Source of the DNA: an uncultured Pelagibacteraceae bacterium
GTDB lineage: Bacteria; Pseudomonadota; Alphaproteobacteria; Pelagibacterales; Pelagibacteraceae
DNA: 64,000 nt
Direction of reading: 5' to 3'
Assembly: GCA_902521005.1 (NCBI GenBank)
Contig: CABYPZ010000002.1
Location: 33,131 to 97,130 of the forward strand
The notes beneath the pieces were generated by a model, which worked only from the letters and a program-made list of their open reading frames with translations, did not search any database and was not told where the DNA came from. Made by a program: the position numbers and the translations under genes. This document shows, piece by piece, positions 27,618 through 38,288 of this stretch. Positions within the stretch are counted from its first letter, which is position 1; each line of letters begins with the position of its first letter.

Positions 27618-27628
27618 ATTTAACCTCT

Positions 27629-28879
27629 TTACATTCTAGATTTAATACTTTGAGTATGAGCAAATAGTTTTTCATACTCAGAGAGTTTTATAGCTTGATT
27701 CCCAATTTTTTCTACCCCTAATTTACTAAGAGTAACAATAGAAATTTTTTTAATAAATTCATTTATACTTAAACCTGAACTGAATTTTGCGCTTCCACTA
27801 GTGGGAAGAATATGATTGGTTCCAACGGTGTAATCACTTAAGCTCATTGGCGTATACTTGCCATTACAGATACTACCAACATTATATATTTTATTTAAAT
27901 ATTTTTTGTAATTCTTTACATTAATTTCTAAGTGTTCTGGGGCAATTAAGTTTATTGTATTTATAATTTCTTTATCATTTTTAATTATTATATTTATTCC
28001 ATGATTTTTAAGAGATCGATTGGCTATTCTTTTTCTAGGTAATGACTTTATTATTTTTTTTATAGCAAGATTTACTTTTGGTAATATTTTCTTATCTTTT
28101 GTTAATAAAATACATTGGCTATTTGGATCGTGCTCTGCCTGTGAAACTAAAGAAGTGGCAATTTGATTTATGTCAGTAAATTTGTCAGCAACTACACATA
28201 TCTCAGAAGGTCCTGCAAACATAGACTCTGTTCCAACAATTTTGCCTGATATTTGTCTTTTAGCTTCAGCAACAAATTTATTTCCAGGCCCAACTATTTT
28301 ATCAACATTTTGAATATAAGCTAGGCTAGCTATAGCTTGTGCTCCGCCCATAAAGTATATTTCTTTGATGCCAACTTTTTTAGCAGCATACATTACTGCT
28401 GGATCAAGCTTTGGAGTTGCAAGAATGATTTTTTTTACATTTGACACCTTTGCAGGTATTGCATTCATTAATAGAGAAGATGGTAGATTTGCAGGTACAT
28501 AAATTCCAACAGTTTGTATCGGAACTAAATTGTACTGAAGTTTATTTTTATATTTGTCTAAGTAATAAATATTTTTTAAATTTTTTTTCTGTAGCATATG
28601 AAACTTCATTATTCGATTATACGCAAAATCTATAGAGCTTTTAATTTCTCTATTAAGATTTTTTACAGATTTATTGATTATTTTTTTTGGTAATGTAATT
28701 CTTGTATTTTTACTATATTTAATCTCATATTTTATTAACGCTTTTTTTTTTTGTTTTTTAATATCTGCTATTATTCTTGATACTTTTGTGAAATTAGCTG
28801 TATCTAACTTCCTTCTACGATCTAAAATTGTTTTAAGTTTTTTATAGTAATTTGATGTTTTGCTATCAATTTTTATCAT
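27629..28879 (-). CDS. hisD: Histidinol dehydrogenase (start refined to MIKID)
   Basis: [36 protein letters not shown]. Confidence 0.93.
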   Translation of the reverse strand: MIKIDSKTSNYYKKLKTILDRRRKLDTANFTKVSRIIADIKKQKKKALIKYEIKYSKNTRITLPKKIINKSVKNLNREIKSSIDFAYNRIMKFHMLQKKNLKNIYYLDKYKNKLQYNLVPIQTVGIYVPANLPSSLLMNAIPAKVSNVKKIILATPKLDPAVMYAAKKVGIKEIYFMGGAQAIASLAYIQNVDKIVGPGNKFVAEAKRQISGKIVGTESMFAGPSEICVVADKFTDINQIATSLVSQAEHDPNSQCILLTKDKKILPKVNLAIKKIIKSLPRKRIANRSLKNHGINIIIKNDKEIINTINLIAPEHLEINVKNYKKYLNKIYNVGSICNGKYTPMSLSDYTVGTNHILPTSGSAKFSSGLSINEFIKKISIVTLSKLGVEKIGNQAIKLSEYEKLFAHTQSIKSRM

Positions 28880-29267
28880 TAATTCTTTGATCCTCAAGTG
28901 TAACTTCAATTATTTCTGCGATAAGAGTTATAATTACATTATTTAAAAATAACAGTGTTATTTCATAATTTTCTTCCTTCTTGAAAAGATTAATTGAAAT
29001 TAATTCAATGATTTTATCATTATTATTTTGATTTATATTCTTTGATTTAGAGGTGTTAATGTAATCAAATTTTAGAATACTATTAATTTTTTTTTCTTTT
29101 TTACTGCCTTCTTTATTAAATCTTTCTATTAATAATAGGAAAATCTGATTGTTTTTTAAAAATTTAATATCACTAATTTTTATTTTAGATTCTGAGCAAA
29201 TTGCTGAAATGGTATTTAAACCCTGTTGGTCTTTTGCAATTATTTTTTTTAGGAACTTACTTGCCAT
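28866..29267 (-). CDS. DUF2948-like protein
   Basis: Conserved alphaproteobacterial murA-DUF2948-hisD order; ISA, RF, EVTLED motifs. Confidence 0.75.
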   Translation of the reverse strand: MASKFLKKIIAKDQQGLNTISAICSESKIKISDIKFLKNNQIFLLLIERFNKEGSKKEKKINSILKFDYINTSKSKNINQNNNDKIIELISINLFKKEENYEITLLFLNNVIITLIAEIIEVTLEDQRINDKN

Positions 29268-30529
29268 TAAGTTAATCTTTTAATTTTTACTCCTACTTTT
29301 TGCAATTTCTTTTCAATTTTTTCATACCCTCTATCCAAATGATAAATTCTATTAATTGTTGATTTGCCTTTAGAGACTATTGCAGCTAACACTAATGCTA
29401 CAGAAGCTCTTAAATCACTCGACATTAGCTCAGCTCCTATAAACTGTGTATTTCCCTCAATGATTGCCCTGTTCTCTTTAATTAAAATTTTAGCTCCTAG
29501 TCTTCTTAATTCAGCGACATGCATAAATCTATTTTCAAAAATACTTTCAGTTATTGAGCTTCGTCCTTTAGCTTTGCATAACAAAACCATGAATTGGGCC
29601 TGTAAATCAGTGGGAAAATTTGGATATTCCTTAGTAATTATACTATTAATATTTTTAATATTTTTAGGTCCCTTAATATGAATTTCATTTTTCGATGTTT
29701 TAATTTTAGCACCAGTTTTTTTTAAAATATTAATTTCAGTCTGAATAATTTTAGGGTTGAAATTTTTTATCTTTAAATCTCCATTTGAAATTGTTGCTGC
29801 TACACAAAATGTTCCAGTTTCAATTCTGTCACCCATTACTGAATATCTAGTTTGATTTAAAGACTCAACTCCAATAATTTGGCACGTTCTTTTTCCAATC
29901 CATTTAATTTTTGCACCTCCTGAATTAAGGAAATTTGTTAAATCTTTAATTTCAGGTTCAATAGCACAATTTTTTAGAGTGGTTTTGCCTTTAGCAAGAC
30001 AGGAAGCTATAATTGTATTTTCTGTAGCTCCTACACTTATCTTAGAAAATTTAATTTGAGTGCCCTGAAGCCTACCTTTTGAACTTGCGTGAATGTAACC
30101 TTTTTTAATTTCGTATTTCATACCAAGTTTTTTTAGAGCATTTAAATGAAAATTTACTGGTCTAGCCCCTATCAAACAACCGCCCGGGAGAGATGTAATT
30201 GATTTATGATATTTTGAAATCATCGGCCCCAATACTAAAATACCTGCTCTCATGGTTTTGACTAATGAATAAGAGGCAAGATATTTTGAATTTTTAATAC
30301 GAGATATTCTTACAGTTTTTTTATTATTATAAATTTGAATTTTTGAACCAAGAGATTTCAATAGATTAAGCATTGTATCAATATCTTTTACCCTTGGTAA
30401 ATTTTCAATTACTACAGCGTTATCAAAAAGAAGAGTTGATGCTAAAATTGGTAGGGCAGCATTTTTAGAACCTTGAATGTTGATCTGTCCTTTAATTCTA
30501 CTAGGACCACTAATCAAAAATTTATCCAT
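29267..30529 (-). CDS. murA: UDP-N-acetylglucosamine 1-carboxyvinyltransferase
   Basis: [35 protein letters not shown]. Confidence 0.97.
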   Translation of the reverse strand: MDKFLISGPSRIKGQINIQGSKNAALPILASTLLFDNAVVIENLPRVKDIDTMLNLLKSLGSKIQIYNNKKTVRISRIKNSKYLASYSLVKTMRAGILVLGPMISKYHKSITSLPGGCLIGARPVNFHLNALKKLGMKYEIKKGYIHASSKGRLQGTQIKFSKISVGATENTIIASCLAKGKTTLKNCAIEPEIKDLTNFLNSGGAKIKWIGKRTCQIIGVESLNQTRYSVMGDRIETGTFCVAATISNGDLKIKNFNPKIIQTEINILKKTGAKIKTSKNEIHIKGPKNIKNINSIITKEYPNFPTDLQAQFMVLLCKAKGRSSITESIFENRFMHVAELRRLGAKILIKENRAIIEGNTQFIGAELMSSDLRASVALVLAAIVSKGKSTINRIYHLDRGYEKIEKKLQKVGVKIKRLT

Positions 30530-31088
30530 TTTTTTTTATTTTTGCTACCTGTATAGTTGTTTGTCCCTGATACTTACCATTTTTAGATTTATATGTTGTC
30601 TCGGGAGGACTATCTGATTTGAAAAATAAAAATTGAGCTATTCCCTCATTTGAATAAACTTTTGCTGGATTTGGAGTAGTATTTGATAATTCAATCACGA
30701 TATTACCTTCAAACTCATTTTCTATAGGAGTTACATTGCAAATTATACCTGTTCTAGCATATGTGCTTTTACCAACACAAATGCATAAAACATCATTTGG
30801 AATTCTAAAATACTCTATAGTCTTTGCCAATACAAAAGAGTTAGGAGGAATTATGCAAAAAGGTCCTTTTCTTTCTATAAAATTATCATCAGAAAAACTT
30901 TTTGGATCTACTAATGATGAATTAACATTTGTAAATATTCTATATTCATCAGAAATTCTAACATCATACCCCATACTACTTAAACCATAAGATATTTTAC
31001 CTTCTGACACTTGATGATCTAAAAATGGTTCAATCATATTATGTTCTTTACACATTTTTTTTATCCAAGTATCCGGTTGAATTGACAT
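30522..31088 (-). CDS. dcd: dCTP deaminase
   Basis: [29 protein letters not shown]. Confidence 0.96.
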   Translation of the reverse strand: MSIQPDTWIKKMCKEHNMIEPFLDHQVSEGKISYGLSSMGYDVRISDEYRIFTNVNSSLVDPKSFSDDNFIERKGPFCIIPPNSFVLAKTIEYFRIPNDVLCICVGKSTYARTGIICNVTPIENEFEGNIVIELSNTTPNPAKVYSNEGIAQFLFFKSDSPPETTYKSKNGKYQGQTTIQVAKIKKNG

Positions 31089-31090
31089 TG

Positions 31091-31195
31091 TTATTTTTTA
31101 TTTTTTTTTTGTTTTTTTTGAAAAAGTTTTCTTTTTCTTAAATTTTTACGCATAGCATTTTCTAATTTACTTAATTTATCTTTTGTACTTTTCAT
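31091..31195 (-). CDS. Small basic hypothetical protein [34 protein letters not shown] (34 aa)
   Basis: Manual translation. It fills the gap between the 66-aa ORF and dcd with 5- and 2-nt spacers. The LxxAMRxNLxKRK pattern recalls small ORFs upstream of murA/dcd in other alphaproteobacteria. Confidence 0.65.
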   Translation of the reverse strand: MKSTKDKLSKLENAMRKNLRKRKLFQKKQKKNKK

Positions 31196-31200
31196 AATAA

Positions 31201-31401
31201 TTATTTTTTATCTGGATTTGTAAGATGATCTAATGTGATTACTTGATCCAATGGTATAGATTGGTCTTGGTCTTTCTCTTTTATATTTCCTGACTTTGCT
31301 TGTTTCTTTGCTCTTTTTTCAGCAAGTTTTTTTTCACGTTTAGCTTGCTTCTCCATAGCCTTTGCCCCACGTGTACTTTTATAATCGTAGTGAATTCCCA
31401 T
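31201..31401 (-). CDS. Small Lys/Ala-rich hypothetical protein
   Basis: ORF with an AAGGA SD upstream; divergent from tRNA-Thr. Confidence 0.7.
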   Translation of the reverse strand: MGIHYDYKSTRGAKAMEKQAKREKKLAEKRAKKQAKSGNIKEKDQDQSIPLDQVITLDHLTNPDKK

Positions 31402-31495
31402 AGCATTTCCTTAGTTAGATATAACCTATTTTTAAAAAAAAAAAATGGCAATAATTTGAAAAATTATTATTTATACACTAAATTTGTTTTTTTTT

Positions 31496-31569
31496 GCCCC
31501 TATAGTTAAATGGCATAACGTGACCATGGTAAGGTTAAGTTTCAAGTTCGATTCTTGGTGGGGGCACCA
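31496..31569 (+). tRNA. tRNA-Thr (GGT)
   Basis: GCCCCTA/TGGGGGC acceptor, TGACC-ATGGTAA-GGTTA anticodon arm, TTCGATT T-loop, ACCA. Confidence 0.93.
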
Positions 31570-32288
31570 TCATCTACAAAAAAAAATTTTCTTACTCCAA
31601 AACCTAGAAATATTAAAACAACAAATCCTATAATCGGTAAGTATATCTCTTTTGTAATTAGCATATCTATAAAATTTGGAAATTCCAAATTTTTATCAAT
31701 TATTTTTTCTAATCCACTTCCTAAAGATACCCAAACAAATACTTGAGGAAACATTCCTATTAAGGTACCAAAGAAATAATTTTTAAATTTGACGTTAAAC
31801 AAAACCGGTAAAATATTTTGAATTTGAAAAGGAATACCTCCAATAAATCTATAAATTAAAAAAAATAAAAATTCGTTTTTTTCAACTTTTGAACTTAGAT
31901 TAGAAAATTTTTTACTGAATTTTTTCTGAATTAGATCTTTAATAAAAAAATTTGCAAAAAAATATAATAAAGTTGCTCCACAAGTTAATCCAATAACAGC
32001 AATTAAAGAACCAATCCAAGTACCAAATATAAACCCTGATGTTAAAACTATTGGAAGCCCAAAACCTAACATTAAGACCCAAATTATCGTAAATAAAAAA
32101 AATAAAGTAAAAAGAATTAAAAAGTTTTGTTCTTTTAATGATGCAAGATAGTTTCTATTATTTTTTATAAAATCATAACTTGTAATTTCTTCTAAAGAAA
32201 AATAACTAAAAAAAAGCCACAAAAATATTGATAAAATTGAAATGTAAAAAATACTTAAAAATAATTTAATTTTTATATCTTTTTTCAT
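31542..32288 (-). CDS. TVP38/TMEM64 (VTT/DedA) family membrane protein
   Basis: Hydrophobic; GFIFG, RFIGGIPF, GTLIGMFP motifs. The 3' end overlaps tRNA-Thr antisense. Confidence 0.85.
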   Translation of the reverse strand: MKKDIKIKLFLSIFYISILSIFLWLFFSYFSLEEITSYDFIKNNRNYLASLKEQNFLILFTLFFLFTIIWVLMLGFGLPIVLTSGFIFGTWIGSLIAVIGLTCGATLLYFFANFFIKDLIQKKFSKKFSNLSSKVEKNEFLFFLIYRFIGGIPFQIQNILPVLFNVKFKNYFFGTLIGMFPQVFVWVSLGSGLEKIIDKNLEFPNFIDMLITKEIYLPIIGFVVLIFLGFGVRKFFFVDDGAPTKNRT

Positions 32289-32371
32289 AAATAAAACTCA
32301 AAATTAGCTGTACTTTATTATACTTATTTCTTATAACTACCGAAATTTTAGTAAGATTTTATTAAGATATT

Positions 32372-32506
32372 ATGAAAAGAACATACCAACCAAGTAGATT
32401 AGTAAGAAAAAGAAGGCATGGTTTCAGATCAAAAATGAAATCAAAGGGTGGGAGAAAATTATTAGCAAGAAGAAGATCAAAGGGAAGAAAAAAATTAACA
32501 GTTTGA
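32372..32506 (+). CDS. rpmH: 50S ribosomal protein L34
   Basis: Not in the ORF track. [44 protein letters not shown]. Confidence 0.97.
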   Translation: MKRTYQPSRLVRKRRHGFRSKMKSKGGRKLLARRRSKGRKKLTV

Positions 32507-32847
32507 TGAGAGTTAAAATATCTAGTCTTTCTAAGAATGATGAGTTCAAATCACTTATAAACGGAAAAAAAATAAATAATAAATATTTAACAATTTTTTT
32601 TAAAAAACTTTCTGGTAAAAGTAATAAATACTTAAATATAAGCTTTGTAGCTCAAAAAAAAATTGGCAACGCTGTAAAAAGAAATAAAATTAAAAGAAGA
32701 TTAAGAAATATGATGAATGAGGCTATTAAGAAAATTAAAATTAATTTTGACTATTCTTATTTAATTTTAGCTAAGAAGAATGTTTTGGTAGAAAATTATG
32801 ACAATATAAAAACAACATTATTTAAAGATTTTATAAAAATAAAATAA
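32506..32847 (+). CDS. rnpA: Ribonuclease P protein component
   Basis: KKIGNAVKRNKIKRRLR; TGATG overlap with rpmH. Confidence 0.93.
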   Translation: MRVKISSLSKNDEFKSLINGKKINNKYLTIFFKKLSGKSNKYLNISFVAQKKIGNAVKRNKIKRRLRNMMNEAIKKIKINFDYSYLILAKKNVLVENYDNIKTTLFKDFIKIK

Positions 32848-33089
32848 TGAAAATTTTAAAAATTCTATTAATTGGTCTAATCAAACTATATAAAATAATA
32901 ATTTCTCCTCTTATAGGAAATAATTGTAGATATTTGCCGACATGTTCAGATTATTTTATTGATTGCTTAAATGAATATGGACTAATAAAAGGTTTTGTAA
33001 AAGGAACTAAAAGAATTTTATCATGCCACCCTATAAAATTTTTAGGTGGAGGCGAAGGATTTGATCCAGCAAAAAAGAAGGTTAAATAA
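32847..33089 (+). CDS. yidD: Membrane protein insertion efficiency factor
   Basis: ISPL...CRYLPTCS...RILSCHP...GFDP. Confidence 0.95.
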   Translation: MKILKILLIGLIKLYKIIISPLIGNNCRYLPTCSDYFIDCLNEYGLIKGFVKGTKRILSCHPIKFLGGGEGFDPAKKKVK

Positions 33090-33091
33090 TA

Positions 33092-34777
33092 ATGGACTCT
33101 AAAAATGTAATTGCAGCAATATCATTGAGTGCAGCAGTTATTATATTATATGGACTTTTTTTTGCACCTGAGCCCCAGCCAATTAATCAGGCTCTGCAAG
33201 AAAAAAATAATATTGTAGAAAATTCTGAAGCTCCAAAATTAATAGATACAAAAGAAATCAATACAATTTCAAGAGATGAAGCTATAAGCAATTCTGACAG
33301 AATTTCATTCGAAAATGAAAATATAATTGGGTCTATTTCTCTTTCAAATGGTGGTGCAATAGATGATTTTACTTTTAAAAACTACAACGAGAAACTTAAT
33401 GGTAAAGAAAAAATTATATTATTAAATCCGATTAATGTTAAGGATGGATATATATTTAATACAGGATGGGTTTCATCTGACGAGAATATTGATACACCAA
33501 ATTTAGATTCCAAGTGGAAAATTTCCGGCAATAAGAAACTTTCTCCAAATAATCCTGTATCGATTTTTTATGAAAATGATCAAGGGCTTAGATTTGAAAG
33601 AATCATAAGTCTTGATGAAAAGTATTTATTTAAAATTAATCAAAAAATAATAAATAAAACAGATAAAAAATACAAATTTTATCCATATGCTTATTTACAT
33701 CGGAATAATATTCCTGAAGATTTGACAGATTTTTATATTCTTCACGAAGGTTTTGTAACTGTTTCTGATGAGGAGTTAAAAGAAATTGATTATGATGATA
33801 TTGACGAAAAAAGTTACACCAAAAATTCAAAAAAAGGCTTTATTGCTATTGGTGATAAGTATTGGGTTACATCAATTATTCCTCCTAAAGATAGACCCTT
33901 TAGGATGGATATTGATTATAAAAATAAATACAGAGCAAGCTACATTGACTCTGAAGGATTATTATTAGAATCAAATAGTTCAATAGAAAATAATGTTAAA
34001 TCTATTATTGGTGCTAAAACCGTAAGAGATATTGATGGTTATGCAGAAAGTGAGAATATAGATAAATTCGATCTAGTGATAAATTGGGGAATACTTTATT
34101 GGCTAGTAAAACCAATGTTTTTTATACTTGAATACTTTTTTATATTTTCAGGCAACTATGGTTATGCAATTATATTACTAACTATTTTAGTTAGAATAGT
34201 ATTTTTTCCTTTAAATCAATATGCATTTAAAAGTATGGGAAAGATGAAAGTTTTACAGCCAGAGATGAATCGTTTGAAAGAACTACATAAAAATGACAAG
34301 CAGGAGCTACAAAAATCTCTTATGAAATTATATAAATCTGAAGGTATAAATCCTGCATCAGGTTGTTTGCCCATATTAATTCAGATCCCAATTTTTTTTA
34401 GTTTATACAAATTATTATTACTCGATATTTCTATGCGGCATGCTCCGTTTATTTGGATATGGGAAGATCTTTCAGCCAAAGATCCGGTAACAATTTTTAA
34501 TTTATTTGGCTTATTACCTTATAATGTTCCATCTTTTCTTGAAATTGGTTTGCTACCATTATTAATGGGTATCACAATGTTTTTACAACAACGTTTAAAT
34601 CCATCACCAATGACAGACCCTATTCAAAAGAAAATATTTGCATTTTTTCCATTTTTTATAACTATTATATTAGCTCCGTTTGCTGCAGGTTTGATTCTTT
34701 ATTGGACAATGACAAATATACTCACAATTATTCAGCAGTGGATCATTCTAAGAAAGACAACAGTTAAAACTAAATAA
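33092..34777 (+). CDS. yidC: Membrane protein insertase YidC
   Basis: NWG, SMGKMK, NPASGCLP, LYW, QQ motifs. Confidence 0.96.
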   Translation: MDSKNVIAAISLSAAVIILYGLFFAPEPQPINQALQEKNNIVENSEAPKLIDTKEINTISRDEAISNSDRISFENENIIGSISLSNGGAIDDFTFKNYNEKLNGKEKIILLNPINVKDGYIFNTGWVSSDENIDTPNLDSKWKISGNKKLSPNNPVSIFYENDQGLRFERIISLDEKYLFKINQKIINKTDKKYKFYPYAYLHRNNIPEDLTDFYILHEGFVTVSDEELKEIDYDDIDEKSYTKNSKKGFIAIGDKYWVTSIIPPKDRPFRMDIDYKNKYRASYIDSEGLLLESNSSIENNVKSIIGAKTVRDIDGYAESENIDKFDLVINWGILYWLVKPMFFILEYFFIFSGNYGYAIILLTILVRIVFFPLNQYAFKSMGKMKVLQPEMNRLKELHKNDKQELQKSLMKLYKSEGINPASGCLPILIQIPIFFSLYKLLLLDISMRHAPFIWIWEDLSAKDPVTIFNLFGLLPYNVPSFLEIGLLPLLMGITMFLQQRLNPSPMTDPIQKKIFAFFPFFITIILAPFAAGLILYWTMTNILTIIQQWIILRKTTVKTK

Positions 34778-34779
34778 AA

Positions 34780-35643
34780 ATGAATCTAAATAATGAAGAA
34801 TTAAAAAAAATTCTTCCAAATAATGGACCTGCTTTAGAGGAAGTTCAAAAATACATAACAAAATATAAAAATGATTTAATTGTAATAAAATATGGTGGAA
34901 ATGTTTTTATTGATAGAAATATATTTAATAATTTTATCTCAGATTTAAGTATATTAAAACAATTAGGACTTTCAATTGTAGTTGTCCATGGTGGTGGACC
35001 AAGAATAAAAAGAGAATTAGATAAATCAAATATTCAATCTAAATTTATAAGAGGCTTAAGAGTAACTGATGAAAAAATTATAAATATAGTTGAGAATGTG
35101 CTGATTGATTTTAATATTGACATTGTTGACTCTCTTAAAGAAAAGGGAACAGAAGCAATTTCAATAAATACTAAAAACAATAATATAATTGAAGTTATTC
35201 CTGAATCAGAAGAACTTGGTTTTGTAGGAAAACCATCTAAAATTAATAGTAATATAATCAAAAATATATTGGCAAAAAATATGATTCCTATAATTTCTCC
35301 TTTGGGAATAGGAAAAAATAATCAAACATATAATATAAATGGTGATACAGCTGCAGGTGCAATTGCAAAATCTTTGAAATCAAGAAGACTGATTTTAATG
35401 ACAAATATAAATGGGGTATTAGATAAAGAAAAGAAACTAATTGAGGAAATTACATCATCTGAAATATTAAAAATGATTAATGATGAGATTATAACAGAAG
35501 GTATGATACCTAAAATGAACACATGTCTTGATGCTGTGAATAATGGTGTTACTGGTGTTGTAATAGTTGATGGAAGAAAACCTCATTCGATTTTATTTGA
35601 AATATTTTCTGACAAAGGTGCAGGAACCTTAATAAGAAAATGA
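34780..35643 (+). CDS. argB: Acetylglutamate kinase
   Basis: IKYGG, VHGGGP, GLRVT, NINGD, GMIPK, GT. Confidence 0.96.
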   Translation: MNLNNEELKKILPNNGPALEEVQKYITKYKNDLIVIKYGGNVFIDRNIFNNFISDLSILKQLGLSIVVVHGGGPRIKRELDKSNIQSKFIRGLRVTDEKIINIVENVLIDFNIDIVDSLKEKGTEAISINTKNNNIIEVIPESEELGFVGKPSKINSNIIKNILAKNMIPIISPLGIGKNNQTYNINGDTAAGAIAKSLKSRRLILMTNINGVLDKEKKLIEEITSSEILKMINDEIITEGMIPKMNTCLDAVNNGVTGVVIVDGRKPHSILFEIFSDKGAGTLIRK

Positions 35644-36311
35644 ATGAATTAAAAAATAAAAAAATTTTATTGTTAGATCTTGATGGAACTGTGTATCAAG
35701 ATTTAGAGGCAGTATTTGGTCAAGTTTCTAAGCTAATGACAAAATATATTTCTGAAAAACTAAAAATTGATTTAAAAAAAGCTAAAGAGTTACAAACAAA
35801 CTATTTTTATAAATATAATACTAGTTTGAATGGTTTGATGATACATCATGATATACCACCAAAAGAATTTCTTAACTATGTTCATGATATTGATCTTTCA
35901 TTTATGGAAAAAGATAAAATCTTAAGAGAGGAACTAGAAAAATCAGATATGAGAAAGCTTATTTTTACAAATGGTAGCACTAACCATGCCAAAAATGTTT
36001 TAAGCCATCTAGGTATAGATGATTTATTTGAAGGAATATTTGATATTTCTGATGCAGAATATACACCTAAACCTGAACCAAAAGCTTTTGATTTGATGGT
36101 AAAAAAATTTGGAATTAATCCAAAAGAAACAATCTATGTAGAAGATATAGCAAAAAATTTATCTATTGGTAAAGAAAGGGGTTGCTCAACTGTGTGGTTA
36201 AAAAATAATGAACAATGGGGAAAAATGGAGTCAGATAAAGACTACATTGATCATAAAATTGAAAATCTATCTTTATTTTTAAAAGAAATAAGGTTATTAA
36301 AAAGTAATTAA
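35640..36311 (+). CDS. Pyrimidine 5'-nucleotidase (HAD)
   Basis: DLDGTVY, FTNG, PKP, EDIAKNL; conserved argB-dapD position. Confidence 0.9.
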   Translation: MNELKNKKILLLDLDGTVYQDLEAVFGQVSKLMTKYISEKLKIDLKKAKELQTNYFYKYNTSLNGLMIHHDIPPKEFLNYVHDIDLSFMEKDKILREELEKSDMRKLIFTNGSTNHAKNVLSHLGIDDLFEGIFDISDAEYTPKPEPKAFDLMVKKFGINPKETIYVEDIAKNLSIGKERGCSTVWLKNNEQWGKMESDKDYIDHKIENLSLFLKEIRLLKSN

Positions 36312-36313
36312 TT

Positions 36314-37141
36314 ATGTCTATTGAAAAAACTATAAATGAAGCTTGGGATAATAAAGACCAAATTAATCCAAATTCTAACCAATCAATTAAAGATGCTATT
36401 AACCAAGTTATTGAAGATTTAGATTGTGGTAAATCTAGAGTTGCAGAAAAAATTAATGGTGAGTGGGTTACTCATCAATATTTAAAAAAAGCGATTATGC
36501 TTAGCTTTAGGATTTATCCAATGGAAAATTTAAATGGACCATATTCTAGTTGGTTTGACAAAGCCCATTTACTTAAAGGTAAAACGGCGGGCTGGACTAA
36601 AGAACAACATGAGGCTGCAGGTTTTAGAATGGTTCCTAATAGTCCTGTTAGAAAAGGATCCTTCGTAGGTAAAAATGCAGTTCTAATGCCGTGCTATGTC
36701 AATATAGGAGCATACATAGATTCTGGAACAATGATTGACACATTTGCAAGAGCTGGAAGCTGCAGTCAAATTGGAAAAAATTGTCATATATCTGCAGGTA
36801 GTGGTGTTGGAGGGGTTCTTGAACCAGCACAAGCATTACCCACAATTATTGAAGACAATGTATTTTTAGGAGCTATGTCTGAAGTTGTTGAAGGTGTAAT
36901 CGTTGGAGAAGGTTCAGTGTTGAGTATGGGAATGTATATTGGTCAATCAACAAAAATAGTAAACAGGTCAACAGGTGAAATTACATATGGAAAAATACCT
37001 CCATATTCTGTTGTTGTTCCAGGTACACTTCCAGATAAAAAGAATCCATCGGCACCATCATTAAGTTGTGCGGTAATTATTAAACAAGTTGATGAAAAAA
37101 CTAGATCTAAAACTTCTATAAACGACCTTTTAAGAGAATAA
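36314..37141 (+). CDS. dapD: Tetrahydrodipicolinate N-succinyltransferase
   Basis: RVAEK...W...KKAIMLSF, hexapeptide repeats, GGVLEP, SINDLLR. Confidence 0.96.
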   Translation: MSIEKTINEAWDNKDQINPNSNQSIKDAINQVIEDLDCGKSRVAEKINGEWVTHQYLKKAIMLSFRIYPMENLNGPYSSWFDKAHLLKGKTAGWTKEQHEAAGFRMVPNSPVRKGSFVGKNAVLMPCYVNIGAYIDSGTMIDTFARAGSCSQIGKNCHISAGSGVGGVLEPAQALPTIIEDNVFLGAMSEVVEGVIVGEGSVLSMGMYIGQSTKIVNRSTGEITYGKIPPYSVVVPGTLPDKKNPSAPSLSCAVIIKQVDEKTRSKTSINDLLRE

Positions 37142-37145
37142 ATTA

Positions 37146-38288
37146 ATGAAAACTATTAATGAAATAATTTTAGCTCAAGAGCTAATACGTTTTCCTACAA
37201 TCAAAACTGAAGATAAAGGTATAATGAAATTTTTATCCAAAAAATTATCCTCAATAGGTTTTAGATGTAAAATTATTAAATCAAAAGGAACAGGTCCTAA
37301 ACCTGCTCTAAATTTGTATGCTAAATACGGAAATTCTAGACCTCACATAAATTTTTTAGGTCATACTGATGTAGTTGCAAATCTAAATAATTGGAAAATT
37401 TCACCTTTCAAAGCTGTTGTTAGAAAAGGATATTTAAATGGTAGAGGATCACAGGATATGAAAGGAGGAATAGCTTGCTTTATAAGTGCAATAAGTAATT
37501 TTATTAAAGATAAAAATTTTATAGGATCTATTTCTATTATAATCGCTGCAGATGAGGAAACTACAGGTTTAGGAACACCTGCGGTTATTAGATATCTTAA
37601 GAAAAAAAGGGAGAAAGTTGATTTTTCAATTGTTGCTGAACCATCTTCAAATCGATCTATTGGAGATGAGATTAGAATTGGCAGACGTGGTTCTATGAAT
37701 GGAACAATAACTGTATATGGAAAAAGTGGTCACTCAGCGTTTTATGGTTCTTACATAAATCCATGCACAGGTCTAGCTAAAATAATATCAAAATTAAAAG
37801 ATTTATCTTTAGACAATGGTACTAAGTTTATGCCTCAATCTAATTTGGAATTTACAAAAATAAATGTAGAGAATTTGTCTGAAAATGTGGTACCCCAGTC
37901 TGCTAGTGCAAAATTCAATGTGAGATTTAACTCTAAACATAAGTCATCTTCTTTGAAGAAAAAACTAAATAAGATAATTAATGCAGTTGCAAAAAAAGAA
38001 AAATGCAAAACTAAAATAAAATATAGAGTTAGTGGAGAAGCTTTTTACACTCAGCCTAACAAAGAAATATATATGGTAAAAAAAATTGTAAAAAAAGTTA
38101 CAGGGAATACAGCAAAATTGAATTGTAGAGGAGGTACTAGCGATAGTCGATTTTTGGGCTCAATTCCAAGATTAGAGTTGGGATTAAGAAATAATACAAT
38201 TCATATGGTTGATGAGAGGTCATCGATTTCAGATTTAAAAAAGTTAACTAAAATATATTATAATATTTTAGAAAATTATTTTAAATGA
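37146..38288 (+). CDS. dapE: Succinyl-diaminopimelate desuccinylase
   Basis: GHTDVV, GRGSQDMKG, DEE, GRRGS, GGTSD, HMVDE. Confidence 0.93.
   Translation: MKTINEIILAQELIRFPTIKTEDKGIMKFLSKKLSSIGFRCKIIKSKGTGPKPALNLYAKYGNSRPHINFLGHTDVVANLNNWKISPFKAVVRKGYLNGRGSQDMKGGIACFISAISNFIKDKNFIGSISIIIAADEETTGLGTPAVIRYLKKKREKVDFSIVAEPSSNRSIGDEIRIGRRGSMNGTITVYGKSGHSAFYGSYINPCTGLAKIISKLKDLSLDNGTKFMPQSNLEFTKINVENLSENVVPQSASAKFNVRFNSKHKSSSLKKKLNKIINAVAKKEKCKTKIKYRVSGEAFYTQPNKEIYMVKKIVKKVTGNTAKLNCRGGTSDSRFLGSIPRLELGLRNNTIHMVDERSSISDLKKLTKIYYNILENYFK

Noticed and set aside
32289-32371. oriC next to rpmH
   Set aside because: No dnaA and no cluster of TTATCCACA boxes; the spacer is too short.
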